Positions 23,366 to 35,300 of a stretch of 64,000 nt of DNA are shown here, in pieces; position 1 is the stretch's first letter; every line of letters begins with the position of its first letter. Source of the DNA: Callorhinchus milii (lineage: Eukaryota); assembly GCF_018977255.1 (NCBI RefSeq), contig NW_024704743.1, positions 34,412,001 through 34,476,000 of the forward strand. Direction: 5' to 3'. The translations under genes and the position numbers were made by a program. The notes beneath the pieces were generated by a model. That model worked only from the letters and a program-made list of their open reading frames with translations. It was not told the DNA's origin and searched no databases.

Positions 23366-26300
23366 GTGAGTAACGAGAGAAGGTAGTTCTTCATTTTGAA
23401 TGAATGCAATCTTTAAACAGCAGTCTGCACAAAGTGCAGCAATTGAAGTTGGCGGCAGAAATTATCCAGCATTTCCAAAGTATGTGTGGGGGGGGGATGA
23501 TTTGCAGGTGAGGCAATTTCAACTATTTGGATTTCAATTGACTTTATTACCAGTCATTTGGAACCCAAGTGTTACACTTTGTATCCGCCTGCTGGTGGCA
23601 GTCCTGACTCGCGATGCTGCTCTGTGCAGGATCTTTGGCAGTTTTGTTTTACTTGATTGACCGACTAATATCAAATAACTTCTCCGCTCCCTAATGCCAA
23701 AATGATGCTTCTTCTATGGTTAGGTTGTGTTGCTCAGGAAAATGGTATCTTCCAACAACTGGCAGAGGCCTGAGGCAGGTCATCTGTTTTCCCTCTTGAA
23801 AAGAAGCAAGTTATGAGGCAGGGGAAGCACTATGGAGAAAGGGCACGGGCACGAGGAGAGAAAATATGGGCCCAGTGAAGCAGGGAGGGGGAGTATGAGG
23901 CATAGGGGGGGCACTGTGAGGGAAGGTGCAGGCGGCTTTGGGGAAGCTGATTATGGAGGAAAGAAAACGAGAAAATGTATTTCACAAGATTAATTTTGGA
24001 TGAAAGTCTTTCCGGCCCATCAGCTATTATACTTCCAGAATATCCACTCAATTGTTTTCCCATCACAGCATCACGATTTGTTTCAAAACGAGTCCAGCTT
24101 CTTGGTCTCAACCATCCTTCCTGGTAATATGTCCCAGTTGTTAAATTACCCTCTGGGTAATTAAATATTTGTGGGCACATTTGTTCTAATGTCTGAACTT
24201 TCTCAATTTTAAAGGAGGAAGAATCACATCAGGCAAGTATGAAGACAACTGAAGATATACTGGTTAAAAAAGAATTCACGGTAAAGCTGTTTCTTTACAA
24301 ATCATTTTTCTGGTACTAGTTAAGTGTTAACAAAACATTTCTGCTGTTGGTGCTATATCACCTTGAACAGAGTCTAAGGTCCGTGATTTGTGCAGCCACT
24401 TTGTTTCTATTGATGAAACATAGCTCAGCAGAATTGTATCTTTTTGTATCTTCATGTTTTATGAAATTACCTCATGTTAAATAAATCGATATACTTGCCA
24501 ATGTGCTGCAGGCAGTATATATTGTAATAGTAATGCCTTCTTAAGAGTTTTGTTTTTACAACAACAATTTGGTATGTGAGAGAGAGAGAGAGAGATATGT
24601 GACGTGTTTTCTTGTAACCCGTCTGAGTTCAAGGGCCAAAGACTCACTGAGGGAACAAGATAAATCAAAATAGTGGTGGCAAATAAGGCCAGGCTTAGGT
24701 TATAGAAGCCTATTTGACATGTCATTGGGATACTAGCTCACGTTATTGCTAAAAGTTATTTATTTTTGTCTGAGGAGAACTTAGATTTTCAGATGTCCAT
24801 GCTAGATCAGCACTAGGGAATAACTATTTAACAACAAAACACCTTAAAGCCTAATGTAGAGCCTAAAATCTATAAAATAAAAAAAAACTTGCCTCAGAAC
24901 GAAAAAAGCAGTGCGAGTAGCAGGAATAAAACCACTTTAACTGGAGAGAAATGCACCCCCTATTAGTAGTTACTGAACGTTCTATGTAGCACAAGTAATG
25001 CTTTGAAACCACCTCACATTTTACTCCCTAGTGTTGAGGATGGGGACAAACTATTATTGAGGATGACCTAACTCTTCAACCATAGTTACCTCCCCTTCCC
25101 CCTTTTCCTTTGCTCAGAGTCTGTTCAGTACGCTGATCCTACCCTGGGTGAAGTGTGCTATATAAAAGTAAGTTGTTTTGTTGACACCTTTCATTTCTAG
25201 GTCTTAATGATTTGGGGTGTTCATCTAACTTGAAAGACACTTTATAAGTGCAAGTTGTTACAATTGATGATTTGATCTTGGATTGCCACGGTATGGACAC
25301 TAAGCCCGAGACTTTATATTACAGCTTGAATTCCTGATTGAAGATGCTGTTAATGTGAATGGATTTCAAGTCCTGGAAGGCTTTTTGGCAAATGAAAGTC
25401 AATGTACACCTCAGAAATGCAATAAAACACTCCTGGGCAAAGTTGACAAACTAGCACACAAGGTTTAGCATTTTCTTTTGTTATAATTTTGAAATATGAA
25501 GTCAAATTAGTTAACAATATCTGATTCGTGTTATTTTTTCTCTTTTTGTAGGAAATGGACAAAAATCAGTTCAAAAATATCTCATTATTGATAAATGTTT
25601 ACAGAGGTTCTGCAAACCAGAATCCGAGGAAAGCCTGAACTTGTTAATTAATGCAGGGCTAATTCAGAAGATAAGTATTCAGAATGGCCTCACTTGATTT
25701 TAAATCTTAGATTAAATGTTGCTGTACACTGACCTGGGTTTAACATTTCCCTTTATTTCTTAACAAATGAGCAGAAACTAGTTAACGGTCATTACATTTA
25801 CCTAAGTAATGCAAATACATAAGCAAAATACTGCAGATGGAGGCGGCGAAAGGTGCCACTTCAACTCTCCCTCGCACTTGCATGCTGACCTCTCCATCTC
25901 CAATTTCCTATCCTGTTCCAATGAGCAGAGGAACAACACCTAATTTATCTGCTAGGGACCTTATAGCCCTCTGGCCTCAATATTGATTTCAACAATTTCA
26001 GACCACCTTCCCTCTCCTGTGACCATTACCACATCATCTTGGTCCCAGACATACCTTTTCTCTTTCTGGTCTGTCTATTTTGTGGCAATCCTCTCCCACC
26101 CTCCCTTTGTGGAGTCCTGTAGCTCAGTGGTTAGAGCACTTGCCTTGCAAGCAAGACACCTGGGTTCAATTCCAGGCAGGGCAAAACCTTGCGCAAGTTT
26201 CCTTACTCCACACTCCTAATAATAATCCCTCCAAAACAAAGCAATAATAAATTGGTCATTTTCAATCCACGACTGTTTGTGGGACACTGCTGTGCGCAAT

Positions 26301-29300
26301 TGGCTGCCACGTTTCGCCCACAAATATACGGTCAATTCACTTTACAGTCTATTCTGTGAAGTGCTTTGAGAAGGCGAGAAGATGTGAAAAGTGTTTTATC
26401 AAATGCAAGGATTATTATAAGAACATTGGAATGTACAAGATTGGAAAACAACAAATTACATTTATATAGCGCCTTTCTTCACATTGGGAGGGTGTCCCAA
26501 GGCACTTGAAAAGATCTGGTCTTAAGTATACAACTCTATCGCTTATAACCCTCAATTAATTTCTTTGCCAAATAACTTCTTGAACTTGTTGACAGAATCG
26601 TCCTCCACCACCTGCCTGGGTAGTCTATTCCACAAGATTCACCATTGCCATAGAATGTTCTGAAGGCTGAAGAAGTTACCTTAGCTTGTCTAGCTGTTCC
26701 TCTTAGCTGGCTCCTTTAACACTGGGAATCATCCTTACAATGTCTATAAGGACCTGGGCAGCCACAATTTGCATTAATATTGCACCCTTTGTGTAGGATA
26801 GCATCTCTGAGAACTGCACAGTGGCACGATTGGATGCTGAGTAAGGGAGTAGGGGGAGGTCATCATAGGAGCAGTAGAAGAGGTAGGTCTTGAGGTCGAT
26901 TAAAGATGGATTGAGCCAGAGGGATTTGGGAAAGGAGTTCCAGAGGTTAGGGACAGAATGGCAGAAAGTATAGCCAGGATTGGTAGGCTGAAAACTTTGG
27001 CTATATGCAGCAGGCATATTTCACCAGAACTATACACCACACTCTAGATGCAGTTTATCCAGTGCATTATGGAACTCAAGCATTACTTCTGAGGATCTGA
27101 GTTCAGTTGAGAAGGCAAGATAGCTCAACAGCTTCTTTGTCACCACCTTGCACCATTTGAACGTGATAAGGAAATCAACTAACACATCTAAGTCTTTCCA
27201 TTCCCTCCCTCTCCCTTGATAATTTTAATGACCATTCTGAAAATTATGGGCGAATTAAAATCAAACCATATTTTACCAGCAGGTATGAAGTAGAGTGGGA
27301 GGTTTCTGCTGATCTAACTGATGGGTAATATATAGCAATTTATAGTTCCATTAAAAATATGTGTCTTTGGATTTGTTTTTGGTAAATGCATCCTGGAGAC
27401 TGCAAACACGAATAGATATAACCCTTTCTAATGTTTTTCCTTTTGGAGCTTGCCTATGGTTTTCTTTGATCCAGGATACATCAATCCTCTAATGGTCCAT
27501 GATCCAGTAGCAGTGGAGCTCTCTTAGCCTTATCTGTGTGCACTCCTGATGTCAACAAATGTAATAAAATGCCCACTTCTCAAGAAAAAGTCTGTTTCTA
27601 TACTAGAAAAGTTCTCAGTGAGTTATCTTTACAATTTGGAGAAATCTTTCTTCAAAAATGAAGGTGCCTCTTCATTCTCTTGCATATCTATGTGGAGTTC
27701 CATACTGGAGTAGTGCACCTACCTTGCAAATGAGAGGACCTGGGTTTGATTCCTGGGTGGGATGAAACGTTAGACAAGTTTCCTTACTCCACACGTCTGT
27801 TTACCTAGCAGTAAGTAGGACCCTGGTTGTTAGTTGATTTCAGGGGGTGGGTGGAATGGGCGGTAATTCCTCCTAATTTTTTTTAAAAAATGGTCACTCA
27901 ATCTGAGACTGTTTATGGGACACTGCTGTGCCCAATTGGCTGCTTTTTGTTTCACCACAAAATACAGTCAATCCACTTTACAATATATTCTGTGAAGTGC
28001 TGAGACATCTCAATGTACGTGATAAGCCGCTATATCAAATGCTTGGATTATTAATATATTTGTGGAGTCCTGTAGCTCAGTGGTTAGAGCGCTTACCTCA
28101 CAAGCGAGAGACCTGGGTTCGTTTCCTGGGCAGGGCAAAACATTGGGCAAGTTTCCTTGCTTCATACGCCTCTGTTTACCTAGCAGTCAGTAGAAACTTG
28201 GTTGATCGTCGATTGGCAGATTGCTTTTCCGGGGTAATAATCCCTTTATATAAAAAAAGAAAAAAAAATGTGGTCACTCAATCCATATCGTTTGTGGGAC
28301 ACTGCTTGGGCAATTGGCTGCTGTATTCCACCCACAAAATATACATTCAATTCACTTTACTGTATATTCTGTGATCACTTTGAGACATTTCAAAGACATG
28401 ATAAGGTGCTATATCAAATGCAAGGATTATTATAAATGTTTTTGTTGCACTGCAAATAATCTTGGAACATAATGAAGGACTTCAGTGGAAACTGCTATTA
28501 TTGTTAAGAGACAGAGGTCACGGTCATACAGATCAATTGAAAACTATGTTAAGGATACAAATCCCGTGATTACCAAGCTTTTTGATATTATCCAGATCAT
28601 CATACATTTTTTTCTCATAATTCCTTGATCATAGGCTAATCCTGGCTAATCAGGTGACCTTGTAGGTATTCAATTGTTTTGCATTTTTCCATAATCCATG
28701 CATAATTCTTTCATAACTGCCAGAAATTAAGTGTAGGGATTTGTTTAGGGGTGGAATTCAAAAGTAAAATAAAATCTCATTCATGTTTTACATAGTGCTG
28801 TGGTTTGACCGCACTACAGAATTTCTAAAAACTAAAGAACTAAAATCAAATGAAGCATTAACAACTCTAGTTGAAGATATTTTTGATATTGTTCTGGTAA
28901 GTGTGTTTTATTGGTAAGGCATTCACTTATTTCCATAATTGTGCCTTAAGTTTTGCAGTTACAGCCATTATTCATTATTTTCTTATTTAGGTTATTTGCA
29001 AGTGCAGTAGTGAAGGTAAGGTAATTCTCCACTGTGTATCTTCAATGTACCCTCATTATTACACTTGATTTTCTAACCTACTAAATTTATCTTTTAGTAG
29101 TAACCAGTGCCATATTCCATTTAAGCCAAAGCCATCATTGCCCTTAGGTATAGGTTGCAATATGTTGCTCAGAAATACACGTTTCGAAGTTAATTTGTGA
29201 TAGCATTTATCTGATGCCAAACAAATATGGGTCACAATTCAGTTCCACATTTAAGGAACTTATATTAAAAATATTGCCCCCCCCCAACTCCATCAGCTTC

Positions 29301-32300
29301 CGAATAATAGTTGTACCAAAACTCTTTAGAAAAGCCCTGAGTATTGCCATGTTGTATTTCCACTGGGGCAGGATCCTTTTCATCAACCTGAATTGAGGCA
29401 ATATCTTGAGAAAAAGGAGAAATTTACTTATAGCTACGGCTTCTGATTTTTGGTTTTCACCAATAAAACACCCCTAATACAACAAAATAACAGTAAGCTT
29501 CGACTTTCCATCTTGCAAAAGCAAACTATAATGCACATTGTTTTGAAAAAAGATTCTCAAGCAATTTTTGTAACTTCTGTTCCATTATTATTTTCACAGG
29601 GAGGACCCAACTGATGGATACTTTTGTATTGCAACTAGGTCACAGAGTGACTGACTTTCGCCTTAAAATTTCCTTACGGTTGGAGGTGAGAGGACTATTT
29701 CACTGATTATATTCTATTGAAGCTATGTGAAGAAAATTATGTAACTTCTTTGTTTTACTTTCTCAGGCCATAAGAACTTTCAACTTGATGCTTGATTCAA
29801 TAACCCGTGATGGGAGAAAAAAATTTCAGGTGTCTGAATTGTACACTCTAATGTAAGTGTGTTTTTGTCAACTGTGAACCTTAGCTTGTTAAATTCAGCA
29901 CTTGTGCTACAATATTGAAACTTGATGTAAGTGAAGCAATTCCAGCAGACAAACCAATTGGGTGAAAATGCATTCAAAAAGCCGAGGGTATTTGAGATAG
30001 TGTTTTGATGGAGTTCTTTGTTCGAGCCACTCTGACCCTAATTTCTAGAACTCTTTGCTTCAGTCCATTGTATATAGGGCTTGTGTCTATTGTCATCTCC
30101 CTTCTCCCCTGCTCGGTGTTCAACCATACCACTGTAGAGCACTCAGATTCTATCTTGCATGAAGGGAACTATATAAATACAAGTTGTTGTTGAATAGTCT
30201 TTATCCATTACTGGCTATATTAATGAATTCTACAGAATTACCCCTTGTATTTTCTGTTGCATTTAAACAGTGTTTTCAACCCGGTAAAAATAGAAATATG
30301 ACTTGTGTGAATCTAATATTGCAGCATTCCTATACCTAAGGCCAATGATGGCTTTGGCTTAAATAGAATATGGCACTGGTTACTCCATACTAATTTTGTT
30401 CTGGTGCAAAACATCTTTATTTATTTTGAAGCACTTGATGTTTATATAAAAAAAAGTAGTGCTGTCCATCTCACTCTTTCAAATTGGTTGAACACAACCC
30501 TCTGCCGTGAATGGATTTAAATTAAATGTATTTGTTTTGTCCACAAAATATACAGCCAATCCACTTTACAGTATATCCTGTGAAGTGCTTTGAGATGTCT
30601 CAATGATGTAATAAGGTGCTATATCAAATGCAGGTATTATTACTATTAAAATTTAGTTTGCACACAAACTACAGTCAATCCATTTTACACTGGGAAGCGC
30701 TTTGAAACATCTCAACAATGTGATAAGGCGCTTTCTCAAATGCGAGTATTATTATAACATTTCTGTTTGGAGGGGAGAAAGGACGAGAAACAGTTTTTGA
30801 CTTTTTATCTATTTAACAGGCTAGATTTGGCAAAGGCAATTCTCGAGGTTGGTGGTAAGTATATTTTTACCTGTTTCTGTTGGTTTGGCTTGTTCTGAAG
30901 GTGTGGGCAATTGAGTAGAGAATCTATTTTTTAGGCTTCTTCCAATTGTACTCCTCAGTCTATACATGACCATGCTCCACAATTTCTGTCAGTCTGTGTG
31001 TTTCAGTTTTGTATCATGAAACAAAAACGCTACATCAATTTATTTTAATTTTTAGACTATGAAATTCAGGTGGCAATTTCTGAGGCCCTGTGTAGAGTGA
31101 CCCTTGCGAAGGAGAGAGAAAATCTTGTTCATGAGTGGTTTGTAGAAGACGTCATTGCCAATGCTTTTAAGAGAATCAACGATGCTGAATTTGAGACTGT
31201 AAGTTTCTTGAAATTTTACTTACAATGCTTCTCTGCTTTTAAAATGTGCAGTTTTTTGTTGCAGTATTTTAATTTTCATGATTGCGAATATGATTGCCAG
31301 GATGATATTAACCAATATGTAGAGAAATAAATCAAACCTAGGATCTGTGCAAGAATCTTGGGCCTTTGTAAAAATGCCAACCTTTTATTGATGCAAAGAC
31401 TTTACAATTTTATAATCTGTAAATCTGAAATTTTGTAATCATAGGTAAACTGAAAAGTGTAAACTGAAAAGTTTGTTAGCACCTTTATTATAGATAGAGA
31501 ATTCTGTCTTTTGTTCATTCATTACATGAAGGATGGAATCATGATGGTGTTTTGATAAAGATTAATGTAAATACTCAAAATTCTGGGTTTTCTTTCTTTT
31601 TGGAAGGATTGTCGAAAATTCCTTAATCAAGTAAATACATACCTTGGCAATAAAAGAAGGTAGGATTCTTTTACTGAATTGTTTTGAATGACTTATTAAA
31701 ATGCTTTAAAGTTGATTTAAAATGTATTTGCTTTGTTTTTGTATACTCTGCAGAGTTTATACTTTTCCCTGCAATTCAGCATTCCTTGATCAAGATGAGG
31801 TGAGTCCATTGTATACTTTTCCAAAGAAAATGATTTAAGGGTTTGAGCTCAGATTATGCAGAATAATATGTAGTTTCTAAGGCACGTTTTAGTGGATTGT
31901 ATTACTGGCTGTTTAGGAGGTTTTCTAAAACTGTGGTGATTGTTTTGAATGTTGTACTTCTTCTAATTTGCAGTGAAGAATTGGTGCATTTGCATTTCAG
32001 ATTCAGGAATACTGATAAATTGACTGGCTGAACGGGCCAGAGGTTAATCTTCCAATATTCGCAATGACACTCTTTTACTACTCACAGTAACCTACGTTTT
32101 TGCTTCATTCACTGGTGCTTTCTTTTACGGCATATGGGAAATCTGGAATTTTGTAACTTGTGAAGTCGTAGACATTATTCATAGAAATTACAACTTTGGC
32201 ACAATGAATGGTAGGAGTGGTAGGAGACTCTGCACTGTGTGGCCATATGTGCCTCAATAGTTTTGTTTAAATGGCCAATTTGCTTTATTTCCAAGCTTCC

Positions 32301-35300
32301 TGTCTGAGTCTCTGCTTTGAAACCTTTCATTGGCCCTCATGAAAGCTAATAACATGTTTGGGGATTTCAAGTAACCATCAGTTTTGTGGATTCCCATTCC
32401 CAATCAACTCATTGGAAATTAATGTTTCTCTTGAAAGTTGTTTTTTTAACTTGCCCTTAACAAGTTTTTAACTTGCCCTGTGTAACCTTTTGGAGAAGCA
32501 TTTGTGTGAGACAGCCTGGTTTCCTTTTCGACTCTGAACCTTGGTATCCTTTTCAACCCTCGGCTATCCTTCACATGTCACATTTGTGCTGTGACCCGTT
32601 CCGCCTTTCCCACCTACGCAACATTGCCGTCTTCGCCACTGCCTCTGCCGATACCCTGATCCACTCTTTCACCAGTCCAGGCTTGACTACGCCAACTGCC
32701 TGTTCACTAGATGCCCCAACTCTTCTCTCCACAAGCTACAGATTATTCAGAACCCTGCAGCTTGTGTCCTCTCCCGCACCAGGCTCCACGAACCAATCAC
32801 CGCTGTTCTTGCCCGCCTGCGCTGGCTCTCCATCGCTCAGAGAATCGAGTACAAAACCTTTGTTCTCACCTGCAAGCATCCCCTGTCTTGCTCTCCCCTA
32901 CCTCTCTGATCTTCTAACCCCATATCAGCCTGTCCGCTCCCTTCACCTGGTGGACACCGGCCTGCTTCAGGTCCCCCGCACTTCCCGTCCCACCATTGGC
33001 GGTCGGGCATTCAGCATCTCTGCCCCCATACTCTGGAACTCTAGCCCGCAATCTCTCACCCCCTCTCTTAACTCCTTCAAATCCCAACTAAATACTTTCT
33101 TCTTCGTCTGCACTTCTGGCCACCCTCCACCCCTCCTAACCCCAACTCCCAGCTCGGTTCCAAAATACCCTGCCTGTCCAGTGCCCTGGGACGTCTTTCC
33201 GATGTGAAGGGTGCTATACAAGTGTAATTTGTTGTTGATGGTTTCAAATGTGGATGAGCGCATGTGAACACAAATGTTCTGTAATCTTGCAAATGCAAAA
33301 CCAAATGATTTACATTGTTTAATTTAAATTCAAATGTGTTGTCTCTAAATGCAGTTGTACTGGATGCCAATGTGGCATCTTCTATTTGGGCAGCAACAGG
33401 CAGTACAAAAGATTGTGATGTATATGAGTATCTGTGTGTTTGTGTTTTGTTCTCTGTTGCGACTAAATGCCATCTGTCACCCAAAGTATCAGGCATTCAT
33501 TGAAGCACTTGAAAATATTACAAATGCATTTGGTCGACTCCAAATGTTTCACTTGGACATTTAGATGCAAATGTGGTCATTTTTGTCTTGAGCACATTTA
33601 AATGCAAATACATTTGGCCAAGTCTGGACTGTAATCTGAGTGAGGTAGCAGGTTTTTGATTTCTCTTCCCAGTTAAAAATGCCAGCCGATGATAAACTGG
33701 AGAAATTCTGGATTGATTTTAATCTCGGAAGTCGAAGTGTAACTTTTTTCATAAAAGATGAAAATCCAGATGGTGCGGTAAGAGAGTGTTTACTCGATCT
33801 TTGATTAATTTGTCACATTTGTGCTTCAAAAGTAAATAAACACAGAAATTTAAAAGCCAAACGTGACAAAACAGCATTTAATAAGATTGATTTGAGAGGC
33901 TTTGGAAATTGATTTTTTTCCTTCATGATTTTTCTTTTTCTTTATTTTTCACAAACAAAACAAGAATTGATATCACTGAAGAAGATGGATTAGATGGGGA
34001 CTTTGAAAAATAATGTTGGTCAGATGACCTTAATAATAATCCTTACGTTTGCTACAGTACATTTCATGTCCAGAGGACATCCAAATGCGCTTCAAAGGAT
34101 ACACTAAAGAGTGGTGTGATTGTTTTGTGGGCGAACATGGAAGCCAGTTTTTGTGCATAGCAATAATTATAATAATAATAATCCTTGCATTTGATATAGC
34201 GCTTTTCACGTCTTCCAGACGTCCCAAAGCGCTTCACAGAATATACTGTAAAGTGAATTGACTGTATATTTGCGGGCGAACGCGGCAGCCAATTGCACAC
34301 AGCAATGTCCCACAAATAGCCATGACGTGAATGATCAAAATTTTATTTGGGGGAATTGTTGGCCATGATATTGGGAGACACTCCCTTCTCTTTTCGAATA
34401 GTGCCGAAGGTTGTTTAACAACCCGAATAGGCAGATGGAGGTCAGTTTAACATCACATCCGAATGACAGCACCAAGGGGCGCCAGTTGCCTTGCAAAGGT
34501 TTGATTTGGGGGAATTTTACAAGATGATGATACTAAATCTTATCACTGGATCTGCTTGGGACCTGGACTGCTCAGGGCCCTTGCAATTGCATGAGCCTAA
34601 CGCTGCCCCTGACAGCACCTCCAAAAATGCAACTTCCACCTCCCACCCCACCACTGTATTTGAGAGTCACAGTGTTATGGGAATTAATAAGAATAATGGG
34701 AAATTGGAAATTCATACAAACTTATGGTTAACTCATTTGGTTCATGTTACCCTTCATATCAATCCATGCAAATCCACCATAACTGAATTGTTGATAATAC
34801 TATAACTCCTGATTTTAACAAGAAGCAGCCAAATTCTTAAGAAATTCAGTTTAAGTTTGGAGCTGATTTTCTATACTTCTGAAAACGATAAACAGTTTTA
34901 ATTGCAAGAGCAATGTGGTGCAAATTAAAATGGCCCAGGTTAAAGAGAATCAAGTATCATGTTGGGAGGCGGGGAATCCATGCTTTTAGAAATTGAATTT
35001 CAACTTTGTTCAAAAGTTTGGTAATAGATTGGAAAAAGCTGATCTTGAGGGGATGAGAATGGAGCTTGGGAAAATAAACTGGAAAACAATATTGGCAAAT
35101 AAAGAGAGAGAGCAGCAGTGGGAAACATTTAAAACCGTGATCAATAGAGTCCAAGATAAATATATTCCACTAAAAAGCAAGACAAAGCTAAATAATAATG
35201 AGACACCATGGATGAATAAAGACATAAGGGCAAAGTTGAGACTCAGGAAAGAGGCATTCACTAAGTACATAAACAACAAGGGAGAGCATGACAAGAAAGA

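Larger units (their letters stand above)
29099..30384. repeat. 56-bp inverted repeat pair (29099-29154 and 30329-30384) flanking SYCP2L exons 7-8
   Basis: Arms are reverse complements at 54 of 56 positions by manual alignment. Confidence 0.92.

Noticed and set aside
25671..25676. ATAAGT as a mutated GT donor (second pseudogene lesion)
   Set aside because: The matching acceptor is AC, so an AT-AC intron explains both ends more simply.
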